51,618 bases of DNA from Nitrospirota bacterium (GTDB lineage Bacteria > Nitrospirota > Thermodesulfovibrionia > UBA6902), in assembly GCA_003354025.1 (NCBI GenBank), contig PIVU01000003.1, positions 1 through 51,618 on the forward strand, written 5' to 3'. The position numbers were made by a program, and so were the translations under genes. The number at the start of each line of letters is the position of its first letter. Positions within the stretch are counted from its first letter, which is position 1. The notes beneath the pieces are model-generated. The model made no database searches. It was not told the DNA's origin and saw only the letters and a program-made list of their open reading frames with translations. Below are positions 47,257 through 51,618 of the stretch, in pieces.

Positions 47257-49356
47257 ATGGTCCCTAAAGATATCAAAGACAGAGAATCGGTCCTGACTTT
47301 TCTAAAAACGAAAACCTCAAGACCCGTAAGTTTTCAGGAAATCGCCGCATATCTACGCATCGGGAAAAAAGCGGTCAAGTCACTAAAAAGGATTATGCGA
47401 ATCCTTGTCCGAGAAGGTGAAGTTTACAAAACAAAAAAGGGCCACTACGGCATCGCCGTTGAAATGAATCTCATTACCGGCAGCTTTGATGCTCACCGTA
47501 ATGGTTATGGCTTTGTAGTCACTGAGAAGAGAGGAGAGCGCGACCTCTTTATCCCTCCGCGGAAAACACTGGGTGCTATGACCGGGGACAAGGTAGTTGC
47601 CAGGGTGGAAAGCCCTGTAAGGATGGAAGGCAGCATTATAAAAATTCTCCAGAGGAGTCAAACTAAAATAATTGGAGAACTCTGCAAAGAAAAGAATGTC
47701 TATTATGTAAAACCAAAGAGGAAAAACATCCCCTTCTATATTTTCGTAAGTTCAAAAAACAGGGGGAAAGCAAAGAGCGGAGATACGGTTTCAGTTGAAA
47801 TCACTTCATATCCATCGGGAGCACGGCCACCGGAAGGTAAGATACTTAAGGTCCTTCCTGCTGTTACGGAAGCCAGCCTTGAAATCGATCTGATCATTGA
47901 AGAGTACTCTCTGCCACGTAAGTTTCCTCCTGTTGTACTTACAGAATCGAAGACGCTTAATGAAATATCACAGCTAAGAAAGAGAGTCGACTGCCGCGAC
48001 CTTTTAACCGTAACGATTGACGGAGAAACAGCCAAGGATTTTGATGATGCAATCTCGATAAAGAAAACTGATACTGGCTATGTTCTTTACGTCCATATCG
48101 CTGATGTCAGTCATTATGTGCCCTGGGATTCAGCTCTGGACACTGAAGCACGTACCCGCGGAACAAGTGTTTACTTCCCGGGCAATGTAATACCAATGCT
48201 TCCCGAAAGACTTTCAAACAACCTGTGCAGTCTCGTACCCAGACAGGACAGGCCGACATTTACAGCTGAAATGCACTTTGACACAAAAGGTTCAATTATA
48301 GATAAATCGTTCTACCCCAGCCTTATTCACAGTAATGAAAGAATGACCTATACGTCGGTGAAAAAGATCCTTGTTGATAATGACCCTGCCGAGAGGGGAA
48401 AATATGATTATCTCCTCACCTCATTTGAGTTAATGGAGGAGTTATTTAATCTTCTTCGAAAACAGAGGGTTAAGCGTGGAAGTCTTGATTTTGATCTCCC
48501 CGAGCCGGAAATCCTGCTTGACCTTCAGGGCAATCCTGAATCTATTATCAGCTCTGAAAGAAATATGGCTCATATGATGATAGAGGATTTCATGATTGCG
48601 GCAAATGAGGCTGTAGGCTCACATCTGGAAAAAATCGGGGTCCCTGCGCTTTACAGAGTCCATGAAGAGCCTGATACTGCTAAGCTCGACGAACTCAGAC
48701 CAGTTTTCCTGGCATTTGGACTGAAGGTCGGGAAGACCGGCAAAAAGGCATTTCATTCAATACTGAAGCAGGCAAAAGGAACTGTTGAGGAGTCCCTCAT
48801 GAATATTCTTCTCCTGCGTTCTCTAAAACAGGCACGGTACGCAACCGAAAACGTCGGCCACTTCGGTCTTGCATCTACATGTTACACACATTTTACTTCC
48901 CCCATAAGGAGGTATCCTGACCTGGTCGTGCACAGAATATTAAAGGATTCTCTGGGAGGCAATAAACTGACGCAGAAGAAAATAGATTATCTCGAAAAGC
49001 TGTTGCCCGACATTGCAATCAAGACCTCTAATACGGAACGTACAGCCGACCAGGCAGAGAGAGAAATTGTCAATGCAATGAGAGTGTGGTTCATGAAAGA
49101 CAAAGTCGGGAACGAGTACAAAGGGATCGTTACAAATATTACGTCACACGGCTTAAAAATTCGCTTAAAGGATTTTTTTGTTGAAGGCTTTTTGAATGTG
49201 TCCTCACTTGCTGACGACTACTACAGATTTGAAGAAGAGAATTACCGCCTGATCGGCAGACGGACAAAAAAGTCATTTACTGTTGGTCAGGAAATGAATG
49301 TACGGATTGACCGGGTTAATATTGAAGAACGAGGGATTGTTTTAGGGTTGATGTAA
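47257..49356 (+). CDS. rnr: Ribonuclease R
   Basis: N-terminal HTH and cold-shock-like region. RNB motifs TIDGETAKDFDDAIS and HFGLAS..YTHFTSPIRRYPDL. C-terminal S1 domain. Confidence 0.93.
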   Translation: MVPKDIKDRESVLTFLKTKTSRPVSFQEIAAYLRIGKKAVKSLKRIMRILVREGEVYKTKKGHYGIAVEMNLITGSFDAHRNGYGFVVTEKRGERDLFIPPRKTLGAMTGDKVVARVESPVRMEGSIIKILQRSQTKIIGELCKEKNVYYVKPKRKNIPFYIFVSSKNRGKAKSGDTVSVEITSYPSGARPPEGKILKVLPAVTEASLEIDLIIEEYSLPRKFPPVVLTESKTLNEISQLRKRVDCRDLLTVTIDGETAKDFDDAISIKKTDTGYVLYVHIADVSHYVPWDSALDTEARTRGTSVYFPGNVIPMLPERLSNNLCSLVPRQDRPTFTAEMHFDTKGSIIDKSFYPSLIHSNERMTYTSVKKILVDNDPAERGKYDYLLTSFELMEELFNLLRKQRVKRGSLDFDLPEPEILLDLQGNPESIISSERNMAHMMIEDFMIAANEAVGSHLEKIGVPALYRVHEEPDTAKLDELRPVFLAFGLKVGKTGKKAFHSILKQAKGTVEESLMNILLLRSLKQARYATENVGHFGLASTCYTHFTSPIRRYPDLVVHRILKDSLGGNKLTQKKIDYLEKLLPDIAIKTSNTERTADQAEREIVNAMRVWFMKDKVGNEYKGIVTNITSHGLKIRLKDFFVEGFLNVSSLADDYYRFEEENYRLIGRRTKKSFTVGQEMNVRIDRVNIEERGIVLGLM

Positions 49357-49374
49357 ACACATTCTTCAATTATT

Positions 49375-50631
49375 TCAAGAACAGTTCCTTTCTGTAGCAA
49401 CAGAGCCGTTGAAACCAACACAGCAATTACCGTCAGCATCAGCAGTCACCGCCTGATTATATGAAAGACTGCCTGGAGTACCACCGCCACAGGTTCCATT
49501 TGGAGTATTATACCTGTAGGTTGTCTCTCCGGCGTTTAGCGTCAGTGATGTGGTTACTTCATTACCGCTCGCAATCGTTGAACAGGGCGCCGAAAGTGAG
49601 TCCGCCCTAAAGTCATTGTTGCCACCAGTGTTCCACACCCGATAATCGGCACACCCGCCTGCAGCAGTGGGCTGGGGATTTACAGTCAATACCATTGTTT
49701 TTTGAACTATATTGTCATTGTCCGCCGCCTCATCATTATCATCCCGAACAAAAAAAGTAATACTGAAACTACCCGTTGATGTAGGAGTACCGGAGACAAT
49801 TAAATTATTCGCCTGGGTCCAGTCTGACTCATCCTCACCGAGGCAGTCCGTTGAAAGAGTCAAAGGGGCAAAAGTCAATCCCGAAACAGCACTCTGCTGC
49901 CTGCACCAGTTGTATGTCCCGCCGCTACTGAATGGGACGCCTCCATCTGCAAATATTGTGGCGTTATATGTACTACCCTGATACCCGTAGGGCAGCTCAT
50001 TGTTCACTATTTTAAGCTGAGCACCTGAACAGCCGGCCTTGACTCTTAACTCATCTAAACTGATCCACTTAACAATATCGTCATAGGGCTCCGACCTGTT
50101 CATGTCAGTTGTATAGTCATCCAGATCTATTCCCTGGTTATAGGTGTTCCTGTTCGTAAGTGAAGTTACAGACAGGTTCCCCTCAGTTTGATTGTTCAGG
50201 TTAGCACCGCTGCTCAATATGATAAATGCAACATTACTGACAGTGTTTGTAGGAGAGAGGCACCCGGAATCAGGACAAATATCCAGCTCGAGGTTTGTGC
50301 TCTTCCTTCCGCATATGCCTCCGATAGTGTTGTCAGTCAGATTATCATCAAGAATGTAATAAAGAGAGTTGTTCCATACATCAGTGGATTTTCTTACTAC
50401 GGCAGGAAAGGTTGCTATATCGGGGATTGCATTATTTGAAGCTCCATAACTTATTATTGCTTCCGTAGCAGCATTTATAATCTCCTTTGTTTCATGGAGC
50501 TTTGCCCTTTGCGTTAAAGGACCTATCATATTTGCTCCCATGCCGACCAGTAATCCGATGATTACCAGGACAATTGCGATTTCTATCAGGGTAAACCCTC
50601 TGCAATTTCTGAATATGTTTGTTGTCTTCAT
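49375..50631 (-). CDS. Giant prepilin-type protein (class III signal, GFTLIE) with a large Cys-rich C-terminal region
   Basis: MKTTNIFRNCRG-FTLIEIAIVLVIIGLLVG has Gly-1, Phe+1 and Glu+5. Twelve Cys lie after the helix by my count. The segment LIVSGTPTSTGSFSITFFVRDDND resembles putative Ig (He_PIG-like) repeats. Start set at the ATG at 50631. Confidence 0.75.
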   Translation of the reverse strand: MKTTNIFRNCRGFTLIEIAIVLVIIGLLVGMGANMIGPLTQRAKLHETKEIINAATEAIISYGASNNAIPDIATFPAVVRKSTDVWNNSLYYILDDNLTDNTIGGICGRKSTNLELDICPDSGCLSPTNTVSNVAFIILSSGANLNNQTEGNLSVTSLTNRNTYNQGIDLDDYTTDMNRSEPYDDIVKWISLDELRVKAGCSGAQLKIVNNELPYGYQGSTYNATIFADGGVPFSSGGTYNWCRQQSAVSGLTFAPLTLSTDCLGEDESDWTQANNLIVSGTPTSTGSFSITFFVRDDNDEAADNDNIVQKTMVLTVNPQPTAAGGCADYRVWNTGGNNDFRADSLSAPCSTIASGNEVTTSLTLNAGETTYRYNTPNGTCGGGTPGSLSYNQAVTADADGNCCVGFNGSVATERNCS

Positions 50632-50663
50632 ACGAATAGTTAACATACCTTTAGTATCTATTT

Positions 50664-50849
50664 TCAACGCTTGTAAAGATAGTATAGCGCCATTATGCAT
50701 CCAAACAAATTCATCATTATAGCAAACCTTGTTCTCAGTATCACCTCATACAAATCAGCATCAACGGGAACCAAGAGTAAATAGTATCCCACCAAAATTA
50801 GCAATATGCCTAGAAATCCTACTATATTTGCGAAACCAAACTTGTACAC
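50664..50849 (-). CDS. Hypothetical small two-TM membrane protein (weak call)
   Basis: 61 aa with two hydrophobic stretches (FANIVGFLGILLILVGYYLLLV and FAIMMNLFGCIMALYYL). GTG start with a purine-rich stretch upstream. Same strand as the flanking pilin genes. Confidence 0.3.
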   Translation of the reverse strand: MYKFGFANIVGFLGILLILVGYYLLLVPVDADLYEVILRTRFAIMMNLFGCIMALYYLYKR

Positions 50850-50959
50850 TCTTTTTCTCTCTAGAAACCATGAGTAACTTACTACACATCATTATATATT
50901 GTTCAACATTAATGCCTAACCATAAAATAGTTAAGTTAACAAAGAAGGCTTATAAAGTC

Positions 50960-50990
50960 AAAAAAAAAGGCGATAAAATCGCCTTTTTTT
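50960..50990. terminator. Bidirectional intrinsic terminator
   Basis: A9-ggcgat-aaa-atcgcc-T7. Lies directly downstream of the 196-aa pilin gene on the minus strand. Confidence 0.7.
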
Positions 50991-51015
50991 AACCTCTTAA
51001 TATTTTTTTCTTTAT

Positions 51016-51606
51016 TTATAATGCATAATAAACATTGACAATCTCATTATCCGTAGATATATATGAGTCGCTTGCCTGGACAGTTCCGGTGCTATATATG
51101 CCATCGTCCAATTTAATGTCAATTGTCTCGGCAACACTTCCAGGAATGCCGGTAATCTGAATACGGTTTTTCGTACCAATATCATTACCAAAATTCATAT
51201 TACCAAGATAAAACTTTCCTCCATATGGGTGGTTCGGAACATGTGCTGCGCCAGTAGCTGCAGGGTCACCCGAAAGAAGCCCTACATAACGCAATGACTG
51301 CCAGGCTTCATGCCCTTCCTGTCCGTCAGTGTTGTTATTACCTCCGATATAGCCATTTCCGCCCCCTACTGAAACACCAGACCATCCGTGACTAGTAATG
51401 TCATCACCCGGGATAGCACTATACCTGTCATAATACATAAAATATGCAGCGCTGATCCCCTGCAAATCAGTCAACATTCTTTTCTGTTTAGCATCATCTA
51501 TCATGGCTTGCCCTTTCAGAACAGCCCCTATCATCAGGCCTATAATGACCATAACAATCGCCAGTTCGACCAGGGTAAACCCTTTTTCAGTTAAGTTCTT
51601 TCGCAT
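51016..51606 (-). CDS. Prepilin-type N-terminal cleavage/methylation domain protein (pilin or pseudopilin), Cys-free
   Basis: MRKNLTEKG-FTLVELAIVMVIIGLMIGAV class III signal. No cysteines in the 196 aa. GAGGA lies upstream of the ATG. Confidence 0.85.
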   Translation of the reverse strand: MRKNLTEKGFTLVELAIVMVIIGLMIGAVLKGQAMIDDAKQKRMLTDLQGISAAYFMYYDRYSAIPGDDITSHGWSGVSVGGGNGYIGGNNNTDGQEGHEAWQSLRYVGLLSGDPAATGAAHVPNHPYGGKFYLGNMNFGNDIGTKNRIQITGIPGSVAETIDIKLDDGIYSTGTVQASDSYISTDNEIVNVYYAL

Positions 51607-51618
51607 TTAATTATCCTC

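Noticed and set aside
1-51618. CRISPR arrays, IS/transposase genes, integrases, prophage genes, toxin-antitoxin pairs, rRNA/tRNA genes
   Set aside because: I found no repeat-spacer periodicity, no transposase or integrase-like translations in the track, and no tRNA-like cloverleaf candidates in any spacer on manual inspection. A tRNAscan/Infernal run would be the definitive check.

Overview
This is a 51.6-kb chromosomal segment from an AT-rich (by eye, not computed) diderm bacterium. I found no rRNA, tRNA, CRISPR array, IS element or phage gene. The taxon cannot be assigned without a database search. The gene order (leuS-lptE-holA; bamA-skp-lpxD-fabZ-lpxA; pheA-hisC-tyrA-aroA-cmk-plsC-ispH-rpsA-sppA-ihfB; cobA/hemD fusion) resembles Proteobacteria, Desulfobacterota or Nitrospirota-type genomes.

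The window divides into four blocks:
- Block 1 (1-16.0 kb) is core envelope and translation: murJ (partial), rpsT, holA, lptE, leuS, bamA, skp, lpxD, fabZ, lpxA, lpxI, a GnnA/GnnB-like oxidoreductase/aminotransferase pair, and an MltD-like LysM lytic transglycosylase.
- Block 2 (16.2-35.6 kb) looks accessory and is the most interesting part.
  - (a) A self-contained type II FAS/PKS-like cassette. It has a FabL-like enoyl reductase, an ACP fused to a zinc ribbon, a FabF-like KS, a KS paralogue with active-site Cys replaced by Ser, a FabZ-like dehydratase, a second KS and FabG. It is split by antisense PilZ and ComEA genes.
  - (b) A divergent pair: a small GT2 and a polytopic membrane protein with an embedded spermidine-synthase-like domain.
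  - (c) A processive GT2 synthase, an outer-membrane beta-barrel and a TPR protein, reminiscent of synthase-dependent exopolysaccharide secretion. A 10-nt homopolymer sits at the TPR gene start.
  - (d) ArsR, a rhodanese, and a 1081-aa single-chain fusion of a 4x[4Fe-4S] subunit to a Mo/W-bisPGD catalytic subunit, with no Tat signal or membrane anchor in the window.
- Block 3 (35.7-49.4 kb) is core: the aromatic amino acid genes, cmk, plsC, ispH, rpsA, sppA, ihfB-like, cobA/hemD and rnr.
- Block 4 (49.4-51.6 kb) holds two prepilin-type genes. One is a 418-aa cysteine-rich giant pilin.

All functional calls rest on motif recognition in the supplied or hand-made translations. No database search was possible.
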